From an uncultured Desulfobacter sp. (lineage in GTDB: Bacteria > Desulfobacterota > Desulfobacteria > Desulfobacterales > Desulfobacteraceae), in contig OY762069.1 in NCBI GenBank assembly GCA_963665095.1, forward strand, positions 3,328,001-3,392,000: a stretch of 64,000 nt of DNA, in the 5' to 3' direction. Position numbers and translations under genes: made by a program. Positions 37,201-46,931 of the stretch are shown in pieces. Numbering within the stretch: the first letter of the stretch is position 1; each line of letters opens with the position of its first letter. The notes under the pieces are model-generated. The model saw only the letters and a program-made list of their open reading frames with translations. It had not been told where the DNA came from and did not search any database.

Positions 37201-39890
37201 CCGGTAATCCGCTCAACCCCCTGATTGATCCAGAGCAGTCTGCCGTCAAGATCCAGCCAGCTCTGCCAGTCATAGGTATGTTCCGAAATAATCCGCAGCT
37301 GCTCCTGGGACGCCTGAATGGCCAGATGAAGCTTCTGACTCTCGGTAACGTCCTGATTCAGCCCGGCCAGCTTCAGCGGCTGCCCCTGCTCATCCCGCTC
37401 AATTATTTTCCATACGGAACTAACCCAGAACCAGTCGCTGTCGCTGTCGCTGTAGCTTTTATAGCGGTAGACAGACTGAACAGACGGGGCCTTCCCCTGA
37501 ACATACTCCTCGAATCTCTTTTCAGTTACCTTGAAATCATCAGGATGGAGAATGGTCTGGGCCATTGTGCCTGTTTTGGGTATCTGGTCTTCGGTATATC
37601 CATGCCGAATAAAGCACTGACTGGAGGAATGAGTCAGAATGTCCGTTTTCAAATCCATTTCCCAGTAAAACGCATTGGCCGTATCCAGGGCAAATATAAA
37701 TTTTTCATGGGACGTTTTAATCTGCTCGAAAAGCGCCTGGCGCTCTGTGATGTTCTGGGTCAGGCCGGTCACGGTAAGGCTTTTTCCCTGGTCATCCCAT
37801 TCCACGGTGTGCCCAAAGGTATTCAGCCAGATCCATGGTTCACCCTCTTTCTTCCAAACCCGGTAATCCACATTGATAACGGGAAGTTCTCCCTGATAAT
37901 GTTTTTCAAAACTATCCAGAACCTGTTGCCGGTCGTCCGGATGGATATTGGGGAGATGGGCATCAAGAGTCTTAGGGATCTCCTCTTCCTGATAACCAAG
38001 ATTTTCAAAAAAGCGTAAGGAGTCATAGGAAAACGTGTTGTCTCTCCGGTCAATCTGCCAGGAAAAGGCACCTACGGCATCCAGGGTAAACCTTAACTGT
38101 TCCTGGGACCTTTTGATTTTTTCGTTCAGAGTATACCGCTCTGTGATGTCCATAGTCAGGCCGGTAATTTTTGTCACCTGCCCGGAAGCATCCCACTGGG
38201 CTGCCCTGCCTGCGGAATGCAGCCACATCCACCCGGCATGCTTTTGACGAAACCGGTAATCTACCTTTGCTGAGCTGCGCCGGCCCTGAAAAATATCCTC
38301 AAATAATCCCTGAATAGAGTCTACATCATCGGGGTGGATCAAAGAATAAAAGGTCTCAGGTGTCGTTGGCGCTTCTTCCTCTGAATAGCCGGCTACGGTG
38401 AAAACATACAATGATGTATAGGCAATGGATCTGGTCTGGTAATCAACCTGCCAGGAATATGCCCCTGCCGCCTCCATGGCAAAGTTCAGCTGCTCACTGG
38501 ATGATTTCACCTGTTCAAGCAGAGTCTGGCGCTCCGTGATGTCCTGATGAAGCCCCACAAATTTAACCGGTTCCCCGTTTTCATCCCACTCAGTGCACCT
38601 GTAAGTCGTATTTATCCAAAACCAGCCGTTGTAATCCGGTTTGCGGAACCGAAAAGGGAACTGAATAGAGGGCAGTTTCTTTTCCATATATTCTTTGTTT
38701 TTTTCATCCTTCAGTGCGACATCATCGGGATGGACAAAAGCAGAAAACGCCTCATTGGTCCGGGGGATATTTTCTTCCGAATATCCGTGCCGCAGAAAAG
38801 TATTGATGGACGAATAGGTCACTGTGTCTTTTTTCAGGTCAAACTGAAAATAATAGGCATCGGCGGTTTCCAGGGCAAATCGAAGATCCTCCTCTGTCTG
38901 CCTGCGTTTGACAACTTCGCTTTGCAGGCGTCTGTTGACAATCACCCCCACCACAATAAAAATGAGCACAACAAGGACAGCGGGCACAGCCACGGTCAAC
39001 ATTTTTTCCCAGTCCACGCCGCTGTTAAAATCAAGGGAAATCCAGCGGTTATGAATCTCAGTTGTTTCCCGGGGCGTTAAAGAGGCAATGGCCTTGTCAA
39101 GTATCTCTGTCAGCACCGGCCAGTCTTTTCGCACGCCCATGCGAAGCCTGGCATCCATTTCCGGGACCACGCCCACAATTTTAAGCTGACTTAAGCTGGC
39201 ATTTTTAATAAAATAGGCGGCCTCGGCCGCATTGGTCACAAAAACGGCGGCCCGGCCCCGGGCAACAGCTATCAGTCCCTGTAACGGGGTGTCCACCGGA
39301 ATAAAGACCAGTCCCGGATAGAGCCGGGATAGCTGTCCCCTGACAGGATAGGATGCTATAACCGCCACCGGTTGCCCCAAAAAATCAGTGATTTCCCGGG
39401 GGGTGTCACTGGAATCATTGACAATCAGTGCCCAGGGAAACTCCAGGTAGGGTCGGGTAAAGTTCAGATAGACGTCACGGGTTTCTGTCTGAATCAGACC
39501 TACGATCACATCCAGCTCTTTTTTGCGGCCAGCCTCCTGAATTTCGGCCCAGGACAAAAGAGATCCATCGTCTTTGTCCACTCGTTTGAACCTGACATTC
39601 AGGCGCTTTGCAATCAGGTCCAGATAGTCGGCCACCAGACCGCTTTGCTGCCCCTGCCCGTCAATGAATTCAAACGGGGGACGCTCAGGGGCAAACCCGA
39701 TACGGATCACCGGATGATTTTTTAGCCATTGCTGCTGTGCATGGTCAAGTGCATTGGAAAATTTTTCAGCTGCAGGCCCGGCAACGGGTGTGGCAGGGGT
39801 GCCATGGGGGGCCTGGTTACAAAAACAGACACCGCGAAAACATAACAGGAGAAAGGGTATTAAAACCCACCGGAAGCCAAGGCGCATCAT
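34227..39890 (-). CDS. hybrid sensor histidine kinase (periplasmic SBP, ~6 PAS, HisKA/HATPase, 2 REC, HPt)
   Basis: FLANMSHEIRTPLN, YGGTGLGL, LMDWKMP, LMDINMP, AHTIKGVAGNIGA. Confidence 0.93.
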   Translation of the reverse strand: MMRLGFRWVLIPFLLLCFRGVCFCNQAPHGTPATPVAGPAAEKFSNALDHAQQQWLKNHPVIRIGFAPERPPFEFIDGQGQQSGLVADYLDLIAKRLNVRFKRVDKDDGSLLSWAEIQEAGRKKELDVIVGLIQTETRDVYLNFTRPYLEFPWALIVNDSSDTPREITDFLGQPVAVIASYPVRGQLSRLYPGLVFIPVDTPLQGLIAVARGRAAVFVTNAAEAAYFIKNASLSQLKIVGVVPEMDARLRMGVRKDWPVLTEILDKAIASLTPRETTEIHNRWISLDFNSGVDWEKMLTVAVPAVLVVLIFIVVGVIVNRRLQSEVVKRRQTEEDLRFALETADAYYFQFDLKKDTVTYSSINTFLRHGYSEENIPRTNEAFSAFVHPDDVALKDEKNKEYMEKKLPSIQFPFRFRKPDYNGWFWINTTYRCTEWDENGEPVKFVGLHQDITERQTLLEQVKSSSEQLNFAMEAAGAYSWQVDYQTRSIAYTSLYVFTVAGYSEEEAPTTPETFYSLIHPDDVDSIQGLFEDIFQGRRSSAKVDYRFRQKHAGWMWLHSAGRAAQWDASGQVTKITGLTMDITERYTLNEKIKRSQEQLRFTLDAVGAFSWQIDRRDNTFSYDSLRFFENLGYQEEEIPKTLDAHLPNIHPDDRQQVLDSFEKHYQGELPVINVDYRVWKKEGEPWIWLNTFGHTVEWDDQGKSLTVTGLTQNITERQALFEQIKTSHEKFIFALDTANAFYWEMDLKTDILTHSSSQCFIRHGYTEDQIPKTGTMAQTILHPDDFKVTEKRFEEYVQGKAPSVQSVYRYKSYSDSDSDWFWVSSVWKIIERDEQGQPLKLAGLNQDVTESQKLHLAIQASQEQLRIISEHTYDWQSWLDLDGRLLWINQGVERITGYSVEECMVMKDYPRHLIDDRDWDLFLGATEKAVSEQKRHECILRIRCKDGDRIWVSAAYEPVLDKNGQVTGLAGAAKDITKQKEAERGLHLMSRVFEDGADPIIITDLSGIILDLNEAVSTAYGYSRDELIGKEIGTLVSKEADIRGKALFQRCINGEILKNIEGERIRKDGTRIPQLFTFSLLKNDEGKPLGIASIAKDITELKQAEKELKDYRDHLEELVKKRTADLEEAKLVAEEATKAKSDFLANMSHEIRTPLNAIIGFSHLARQTELDVIQSDYIRKIETGSKALLGVINDILDFSKIEAGKLSMEDIEFSLEDVLETVTNLVGIRAQEKGLEVIYNIDPALPLKLIGDPVRMGQILLNLTNNAVKFTETGEIVIGCSLLASDSDEVQLKFYVQDSGIGLTREQQNKLFQAFAQADSSTTRKYGGTGLGLFISKFLVEMMKGRIWVESVYGQGTTFFFTVRLKCAGLSTITSDLHDTDIQHKKVLVVDDNYISRTVLEKMLEAMSFTVIQAESAEAGFAELEAAEKSNEPFALVLMDWKMPGMDGLHAAAQIKSSMKENIPSIIMVSAYAREELMREANRMGLSGYLIKPVSPSLLSDSIMSALGGKNLSRPSGWQAGEGLPSVAAIRGAKLLVAEDNEVNQQVARGILENNGFIVDIADNGLLAVEALEYAVYDAVLMDINMPEMDGYTAARQIRKDPKFNDLPIIAMTANAMTGDREKALDAGMNDHVAKPIDVKDLLSVLSKWVRPVGKALHPSVDLAQVPSPQVNKETETAVGGFGPLPGIDVADGLARLGGDSRLYRDLLNKFAQNHADTADRILSALSVADMETAQRLAHTIKGVAGNIGAKPLFNVVTQIDTALKEADIDTAHSLLGAFEVCLTQTIEGINAMAQQTRSDPAVQVLQPHAPDFTPEAIRPILITLSKMLEDNDTDAGTIVRQLKAVIQEDVPRNLVAQLAGKISGYDFDGAAQLLQALCRELGIKLE

Positions 39891-40053
39891 GCCCTCCTGT
39901 GAAATAATTCAGTTACATTCTGGAAGTCGCTATTAGAAAAAAACTCAACCGCTCAGGCAGGTTAGTTGATATTCCTGACCCGGCGCTTTTACAAGCTTAT
40001 GATCAATAATTTATTAAAGAATAGGTCATGCCCCTTCCTTTTGTCAAGCCAAG

Positions 40054-40935
40054 CTAGAGGGACGGGACAGAAACTTTACGCATCTTTTTTACAGTCAGCA
40101 CCACGTTGCCTGCAAAAATAAGAAAAGCCCCGAGCCAACCGGTCCAGGAGAGAAAGGGGTCCATGACGAGAAACGGCCCTAAAATCGCCGCCAGAAAAAT
40201 CCGGGTGGAGGCGATGATCCCCCCTTCAATGGCTGTGACGTATTTAAAGCCAAGGGTCATCAGATACTGACCGGCAATAGCTGCAGCTGAACACCCTGAC
40301 AGGTAGGCCAGCTCAAGGGGCCCGGGAATCTGCATTTCATGAAAAAACAGACACAATATCAGTGCGCCGCCCAGGCCGAACATGGCAAACAAAATGGTCT
40401 GGGTGTCGTGGTCCTGCCGGGCCAGGTTTAAAAAAATAACCGCAACCGATGCCGTGATACCCGATGCCAGGCCCCACAGGGACCCTGCTGCAAAATGGGT
40501 TTTGGCGGGCATTAAAATCAGGAACACGCCGGCAAAGGCCACCAGAACAATCCCCACAGCGCCGGCATCCCGCTGGGCTTTTAAGAATATCCATGAAAAC
40601 AGGGCAATGAACAAAGGAAAGGTCATGTTCAAAATATTGGCCTGGGCCACAGATGTTTGTGCAACTGCATTGAAAAAACAGAACACGGTCAGGGCATTGA
40701 ACACGGCCCGGCCCACAAGAAATCTTTTCTTAACCATCCTGATTTTTCCGCCGCCCAGGGCTATGGCCAGACAGACAACCACAAAGCCTAAAGCAAACCG
40801 GGCCAGGGTAAACATGGATGTGCTGATATTTAACCCGGCCATGGCTGCCCACTTAATCACCACCGTAGAGAGATAAAAACAAAAGGCAGATATAAACACC
40901 GCCAGGTATCCCAGAACTGCCTGTTTGTCCATCAT
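40054..40935 (-). CDS. DMT/EamA family transporter
   Basis: ~10 hydrophobic segments in two repeats. Confidence 0.85.
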   Translation of the reverse strand: MMDKQAVLGYLAVFISAFCFYLSTVVIKWAAMAGLNISTSMFTLARFALGFVVVCLAIALGGGKIRMVKKRFLVGRAVFNALTVFCFFNAVAQTSVAQANILNMTFPLFIALFSWIFLKAQRDAGAVGIVLVAFAGVFLILMPAKTHFAAGSLWGLASGITASVAVIFLNLARQDHDTQTILFAMFGLGGALILCLFFHEMQIPGPLELAYLSGCSAAAIAGQYLMTLGFKYVTAIEGGIIASTRIFLAAILGPFLVMDPFLSWTGWLGAFLIFAGNVVLTVKKMRKVSVPSL

Positions 40936-41172
40936 AACTGTGTCTGCCGAAAAGATATGGGGGTTAATGGCGGATGCACTGAATGATTTTTACGCTGTGA
41001 TCTGCTCAAAGATTTTTTACCGGGCCGGGGTTTGTATTGCCATATAACCTTGACTGATGGTACTGTGAGCCCAATCGTAATAGAAAGCAGGTGCACGCCT
41101 GTAATAAAAGATAAAAGGGATTCAACAGCTTTACGCTCCTTTAAATAAACGTTTGCCATAAGACCATAAATC

Positions 41173-42315
41173 ATGACCAAAGACAACGCTTCTTTTGACG
41201 ATCAGATCCGCCCCTTCCGGGATGCCATTGATGACATTGATGCCCGGATCATTGCCCTTCTGCACCAGCGCCAGGAACAGGTGGAAAATATTGTTGCCGT
41301 CAAAAAACAGCACAAGGCCAGTATTTACCACCCTGCCCGGGAGGAATATGTCATTTCCCGCTTAAGAAACAAGGCCTCTGACATGGATGTGGACCCTGAT
41401 TTTGTGGAAAGCCTTTACCGGCTTATCATGCGGCAGTCCAGGAAACGCCAGGGGCGCATGGCAAAAACCAGCCCGCTTCGGCCCGATGCACGGATTCTGA
41501 TTGTGGGGGGCGCTGGAGAAATGGGGCGTCTGTTTACAGGATTTTTTGCTAAAACCGGCTATCAGGTGGATGTCCTGGATAAGGATGACTGGGGCCGGGC
41601 TGAAAGCCTGTGCAGCAAGGCCGACCTTGTCATCATCTGTGTCCCCATTGATGTCACCGTGGCAGTGATTGAAAGGGTGGCGGGCCTGATGCGGCCGGAT
41701 GCGGTGCTGGCAGATATGACCTCCATCAAGCAACCTGCCATGGAGGCCATGTGCCGAACCCACAAAGGGCCGGTGGTGGGACTGCACCCCCTGTTCGGGC
41801 CCACCACAGACACCCTGGACAAACAGATCATTACTGCCTGTGCCGGCCGGGATGACGCGGCCTGCAAATGGGTGCTTGACCAGCTGGGCATCTGGGGGGC
41901 GGTGGTGGTTAAAGCCACTGCCAAAGAACACGATGACGCCATGGAGATCGTCCAGGCCCTGCGGCATTTTGCCACCTTCTGTTTTGGCAGCTTTCTGTAT
42001 GAACACAATGTGCCCATTAAACGCACCCTGGAATTTTCCAGCCCCATCTACCGCCTGGAGCTGGGCATGGTGGGAAGGCTCTTTGCCCAGGATCCCATCC
42101 TCTACGCGGAAATTATTTTTGCCACACCGGAGCGTTGCAAACTTCTGAAAAATTATGTGGCATTTTTCAGCCGTTATATTGAAATGCTTGATACCGGGGA
42201 CAAAGAGGGATTCATCAGGGAATTCAAGCGCCTGGCAGAGTGGTTCGGTCCCTTTGGGCACCAGGCGTTGCAAGAAAGTTCATATATCATCAATAAACTA
42301 ATTGAACGGTTCTGA
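41173..42315 (+). CDS. tyrA: bifunctional chorismate mutase/prephenate dehydrogenase
   Basis: RDAIDDID...PARE, IVGGAGEMG, GLHPLFGP, QALRHF, SSPIYRLEL. Confidence 0.93.
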   Translation: MTKDNASFDDQIRPFRDAIDDIDARIIALLHQRQEQVENIVAVKKQHKASIYHPAREEYVISRLRNKASDMDVDPDFVESLYRLIMRQSRKRQGRMAKTSPLRPDARILIVGGAGEMGRLFTGFFAKTGYQVDVLDKDDWGRAESLCSKADLVIICVPIDVTVAVIERVAGLMRPDAVLADMTSIKQPAMEAMCRTHKGPVVGLHPLFGPTTDTLDKQIITACAGRDDAACKWVLDQLGIWGAVVVKATAKEHDDAMEIVQALRHFATFCFGSFLYEHNVPIKRTLEFSSPIYRLELGMVGRLFAQDPILYAEIIFATPERCKLLKNYVAFFSRYIEMLDTGDKEGFIREFKRLAEWFGPFGHQALQESSYIINKLIERF

Positions 42316-42339
42316 TCCGGTTGGGACCTGACGCCGCTT

Positions 42340-43701
42340 TCATGGGGCGGTATCTTCATACTGCTTCAGTTTTTTCAGCAGGGTCTTTCGTGTGATCCCC
42401 AGGCGCCGGGCAGCCTCACTCTTATTTCCCCCGGCAGCTGTCAGGGTGGATAAAATGGCCTGCTCCTCCACTTTGGACAGCGTCATATTTTCAAGATTCC
42501 GTTCTGACGCACCGCCCGGCTCTAAGGTATCTTCCGAAATAAAGGAAAGATCCGACCTGCGAAGGTAATCGGTCCTGGCCATGACCACGCCGCGCTCCAC
42601 CGCATTCATAAGTTCCCGAACATTGCCGGGCCAGCCATACCGGATCATGGTATCCATGGCGTTGGGCGTAAATCCTTTAATATCCTTACGGTTTTTCCGG
42701 GCAAACTGATCCAAAAAATGCATGGCCAGTTCAGGGATATCCTCAATGCGTCTGCACAGAGGCGGGATATCAATGTGAACCACATTAAGCCGGTAATAAA
42801 GATCCTCACGGAACTGTTTTTCCGCAGACATGGTTTTCAAATCCCTGTTGGTGGCGGCAATAACCCTGACATCCACGCAGATGGTGGTGTCTGACCCCAC
42901 AGGGGTTATCTCTTTTTCCTGAATCACCCGCAAAAGCTTTGCCTGCATGGGAAGGCTCATCTCCCCGATCTCATCCAGCAGAATGGAACCTTTGTCTGCC
43001 AGAAGGAACTTGCCCTTGCGCTTTTTGTCCGCCCCGGTAAAGGCCCCGCGCTCATGTCCGAACAGTTCTGACTCCAGAAGGGTTTCCGTGATGGCGGCGC
43101 AGTTGATCCGGATATAGGGATGATCTTTTCTCATACTGTTGTTGTGCAGGGCCGCTGCCACAAGCTCTTTCCCTGTGCCGGACTCCCCTGTGACAAGCAC
43201 GTTGGCATCTGTGGGGGCCACCATGTGAATGGTATCCAGAAGGGCTTTCATGGCCGGACTTTGACCTAAAATATCATGCTGGAACACATTGGATGCCAGC
43301 TGTTTTTTCAAGTCCTGATTCTCGGTTTTAAGATGAATCCGTTCAAAGAGCCTGTCCACGGTGAGTTTGAGCTTGTCAAAGTCCAGTGGCTTGGTCAGAT
43401 AATCATAGGCGCCGATTTTTAGCGCCTGCACGGCAGTATCCACGGATGAATAGGCCGTCATAATGATCACCGGCAACGCCGGGTTAAAGGTGTGGATCTG
43501 AGCAAGCGCCTCCATGCCGGACATCTTCACCATTTTCATATCCATGAGCACCAGGTCAAAGGGGGACGCCTTAACGGCCTGCACCCCGTCATCCCCGTCC
43601 ATGGCGATCTGCACCTTGTATCCCCAGCCTTTCAGCAGGGTTTTCAGCATGGTGGCGTGGGCCGTGTCATCATCCACCACCAGCACCGTATGAACACTCA
43701 T
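42340..43701 (-). CDS. zraR: sigma54-dependent response regulator (ZraR/HydG-like)
   Basis: REC + GESGTGKE + GAFTGA + HTH; in zraSR/zraP-type arrangement. Confidence 0.8.
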   Translation of the reverse strand: MSVHTVLVVDDDTAHATMLKTLLKGWGYKVQIAMDGDDGVQAVKASPFDLVLMDMKMVKMSGMEALAQIHTFNPALPVIIMTAYSSVDTAVQALKIGAYDYLTKPLDFDKLKLTVDRLFERIHLKTENQDLKKQLASNVFQHDILGQSPAMKALLDTIHMVAPTDANVLVTGESGTGKELVAAALHNNSMRKDHPYIRINCAAITETLLESELFGHERGAFTGADKKRKGKFLLADKGSILLDEIGEMSLPMQAKLLRVIQEKEITPVGSDTTICVDVRVIAATNRDLKTMSAEKQFREDLYYRLNVVHIDIPPLCRRIEDIPELAMHFLDQFARKNRKDIKGFTPNAMDTMIRYGWPGNVRELMNAVERGVVMARTDYLRRSDLSFISEDTLEPGGASERNLENMTLSKVEEQAILSTLTAAGGNKSEAARRLGITRKTLLKKLKQYEDTAP

Positions 43702-43725
43702 TCCTACATCCTTCCTGTTTGTCTG

Positions 43726-45543
43726 TTACTTGTCCTGATCCTCTTCTTTTTCCCCATGGGGCTCATGTATCAGCGCCGCGGCATCATCAGGCAGGGTAAT
43801 ATAAAACACCGTGCCTTTGCCGGTTTCGCTTTCCACCCGGATCTCGCCGTTCAGGTTTTCAATGATCCTGTGGACGATGGAAAGGCCAAGCCCGGTTCCT
43901 TTGGCCCGGGTGGTAAAATAGGGATCAAAAATATGTTCAAGGTCTTTGGCCGGAATGCCGCATCCATTATCCGCCACCCGGATTTCAAGGCCTTCTGCAG
44001 TGTCTGCCGCATCCACCTTGAGCCGTCCCTGATTTTCCATGGCATTGAGCGCATTCATATACAGGTTGAGCAGTACCTGGGTCATACGTTCGGGGTCTGT
44101 ATGATAAACCGCTTTACCGGTGTGGATATCCATGTCAACCTGGATCTGCTTTTTTTCCAGATCATGGGCAACCAGTTTCAGGGAGTGGCGGATCAGCGGG
44201 GCGACTTCAACGGGCCGGACCGCCACAGCCATGGGTTTGGCAAACTCCAGCAGCTGGGTGATGGAACGGTTCATGCGTCCCACTTCCTCAATCATGATCT
44301 TTGCGATCTCAACATCCTCGGGTTCATCCTCATACCGTTTGGCAAAATAGGTGGCAAACCCTTTTATGGAGCTTAACGGATTTCTGATTTCATGGGCCAC
44401 CCCTGCAGCCAGCTTGCCGATGGCTGCCAGGCGACGGTTGGTCTCCACCTGCTTTTTCAGATCCCGGATCTGGGTCAGGTCCCGGAACAAAAGAACAAAG
44501 CCCTGGATCTGCCCCTCATCTCCGGCAATGGCGGAAGCTGTCACATCCAGGCGCAGATTGCCGTTCTCCCCCCGCAGGACTGTGATCTCCCCGGAAACCG
44601 TCCCGGAGGAGTCAGATATTCTGGCACACAGGGCCGCCATCTGGGGATACGCATTTTCAGGGACAATACCCAGTATTTTTTCAGCCGCCCTGTTGGCAGA
44701 GGTAACAGAAAAATCCGGATCCAGGGTAATCAGGCCTGAGGGCATGTTTTGAACCACATTATCTGAAAACGCCTTGATCTGAGCCAAGGAGGCCTGGGAG
44801 GACCGATAGGCCTGCAGGGCAAACAGGGCAATGATGCCTGAACAGCCGAATACAAAAAACAAAATGCCCCGGATCACGATATTTCTTAAGCCCCGGGCCT
44901 GCCTGGTCTGCACGCCTGCCATGGAGAGACCAACAAAAATGAAATATTCGCTTTGTTCAAACAGCCTGGGGTAAGGCATATCCAAATCCGGGGGACCTGC
45001 CCTTTCGGTCATCAGTGGCGCAGGTGCCATCATCATTCTGTCGGTGTTATGCCGGTGCCTGCGGAACATGGGCCTGAAGGGGGCAAACAGTTTGACAACT
45101 TCCAGTACCGGCCCTTCAGATGTATTCAAAGACCGACTGATCACCTGGCGGGGATCCCGGGGCAGGGTTCTGAAATCCTGCCACCCCTGATACATTTTCC
45201 CCACTTTTTCTGCATCGGAATGGGCAATAATCTTTCCCATTGCATCTGTAATCATGATATAGGACACATCGGGCTGGGCAGCAGTCTCTTCCAGCATGGA
45301 CTGGACCTTGGGTGTCCCCCACTGCATGCTCCCAATTCCTGTACGAGCACCGGCCTCAAAGGTTCTTATCAGTGAGGTCCCGGTCACAACAAACCGTTCA
45401 CGAATAAATTCATCCTGTTTCTTTACCCGGTCCAGGGTCATAAGGGTGAAAACAGGCAGCAGCACAACCAGAACACCCACCAGAACCAGAGGCGGTACAA
45501 GGCCCGGCATTTTTAAAGGGTGATGTAATTTAAACAGATTCAT
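43726..45543 (-). CDS. zraS: sensor histidine kinase (ZraS-like)
   Basis: LAAGVAHEIRNPLSSIKGFA, GTGLGL, two TM segments, PAS. Confidence 0.78.
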   Translation of the reverse strand: MNLFKLHHPLKMPGLVPPLVLVGVLVVLLPVFTLMTLDRVKKQDEFIRERFVVTGTSLIRTFEAGARTGIGSMQWGTPKVQSMLEETAAQPDVSYIMITDAMGKIIAHSDAEKVGKMYQGWQDFRTLPRDPRQVISRSLNTSEGPVLEVVKLFAPFRPMFRRHRHNTDRMMMAPAPLMTERAGPPDLDMPYPRLFEQSEYFIFVGLSMAGVQTRQARGLRNIVIRGILFFVFGCSGIIALFALQAYRSSQASLAQIKAFSDNVVQNMPSGLITLDPDFSVTSANRAAEKILGIVPENAYPQMAALCARISDSSGTVSGEITVLRGENGNLRLDVTASAIAGDEGQIQGFVLLFRDLTQIRDLKKQVETNRRLAAIGKLAAGVAHEIRNPLSSIKGFATYFAKRYEDEPEDVEIAKIMIEEVGRMNRSITQLLEFAKPMAVAVRPVEVAPLIRHSLKLVAHDLEKKQIQVDMDIHTGKAVYHTDPERMTQVLLNLYMNALNAMENQGRLKVDAADTAEGLEIRVADNGCGIPAKDLEHIFDPYFTTRAKGTGLGLSIVHRIIENLNGEIRVESETGKGTVFYITLPDDAAALIHEPHGEKEEDQDK

Positions 45544-45749
45544 TAAATTTCCAGCTTAATTAAAAAAATGACAGGTAAAAAATATGACTAAACACCGTGC
45601 AAGACCAGTACCAGTTTTTCTTAACAGTGCCAGAACCCGAAACCCGTGTTTGAACGATACCTTGTCCATATGCAAATTGTTGCGTAGCGCAGTAGACGAC
45701 TGATCTTTTTTGGTATAGGCCCATTAGGCCGCCGTTCAAACACAAAAGG

Positions 45750-45793
45750 ATACTTTTTACCCAACTGTATACCCCAGGGTGAGTAAAAAGTAT
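45750..45793. promoter_or_regulatory. putative activator (UAS) inverted repeat
   Basis: ATACTTTTTAC-N22-GTAAAAAGTAT ~90 bp upstream of the sigma54 promoter; GAGTAAAAA resembles the E. coli ZraR half-site. Confidence 0.55.
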
Positions 45794-45883
45794 ACACTTC
45801 CCCCTATTATTCAATACAGTACCAAAGGAGCAATATTAATATAACACACTGATTTTAAACTGTTTATAATTTTATCATAACGA

Positions 45884-45898
45884 TGGCACACCATTTGC
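45884..45898 (+). promoter_or_regulatory. sigma54 -24/-12 promoter
   Basis: TGGCAC-N5-TTGC exact consensus upstream of the zraP-like gene. Confidence 0.8.
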
Positions 45899-45993
45899 TT
45901 TATAGATTTACAAGAACTTGCAAGAACGAGAAAAAAATAATATTACAAACAGACATCACTACAGGACATAAAATTACAGCCAAGGAGGCAACC

Positions 45994-46548
45994 ATGAAAA
46001 AAACATTAACAACTCTGACTGTACTGATCATTGCATGCTGCTTTTCAGTCAGTGCATTTGCAACCCCCCCGAACCAGGGTAAAGAACAAAAAGGCAGACA
46101 ATTTCAGGCCGGTCCCAACCTCACCGAAAAACAGCAGACCCAGCTGAAGGCCCTGCACCAGAAATTTATTGACGACACCTATGAAATGCGTTCCGGCATT
46201 ATGACCTTAAACCAGCAGATCCGTATGTATATGGAAACCTCCAACCCGGATTATGCCAAACTGAAATCCATGGTCACGGAAAAAGCAGATCTCCAAAAAG
46301 ACCTGGCAGTCAAACGCATGGAGTTTGCCCTTGATGCAAGAAAAATCTCTCCTGAATTAAAATGCCCCCCCATGGGATTCATGGGTATGGACCACGGTAT
46401 GGGTCCTGGCCCGCACCATGACGGATCCGGAAGGCACGGCTTTGCCAAAGGCGGTCATGGAAACGGCCCTGGGCCCCGCATGGACTGTCCCAGGTGGACC
46501 AACAATAACAATGCACCAGACGATAGAACCTCACCTGAAAATAATTAG
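45994..46548 (+). CDS. zraP: periplasmic ZraP/Spy/CpxP-family protein
   Basis: AAGGAGG RBS, signal peptide, LTEKQ motif, Gly/His/Met-rich tail; divergent from zraSR-like genes. Confidence 0.75.
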   Translation: MKKTLTTLTVLIIACCFSVSAFATPPNQGKEQKGRQFQAGPNLTEKQQTQLKALHQKFIDDTYEMRSGIMTLNQQIRMYMETSNPDYAKLKSMVTEKADLQKDLAVKRMEFALDARKISPELKCPPMGFMGMDHGMGPGPHHDGSGRHGFAKGGHGNGPGPRMDCPRWTNNNNAPDDRTSPENN

Positions 46549-46591
46549 ATCCCCCTACTGAACAACCTTCTCTCGACTCTCTCCTCCCTCA

Positions 46592-46627
46592 CCCCCCGGG
46601 CCGAAAGGCCCGGGGGGACCATTTTTT
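46592..46627 (+). terminator. rho-independent terminator
   Basis: ccccccgggcc-gaaa-ggcccgggggg followed closely by T6. Confidence 0.75.
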
Positions 46628-46931
46628 CCGACCTTTCCCAATGTGTTTCCACAGGACCTTTAAAACAAGTTCGGAACACCCTTGGGGTCAGACAAAATCT
46701 CAGCGGATGCCATCAGTGAATCCAAAAGCATTGGAGGACGGAAATTGGCAGCATTTCATTTCTTGAATTTATTGAAAGGCCATAACGTCAAAAAAGATCA
46801 AATCCATTCAAACCACCCCTTGAATTTGTAGGCACTAGACCATTTTTGCCGGTCGCCGTATCCCTTTATTGGCGCTGTTTTTGATTTTTTGTATCCCCAT
46901 GACTGTCCAACGGGAGATACACCCCGTTGCC

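Noticed and set aside
41362..44376. Long antisense ORFs (41362..42273, 43492..44376; likewise 37083..38018, 46869..47597, 52335..53033)
   Set aside because: Shadow frames opposite well-supported genes, with no motifs
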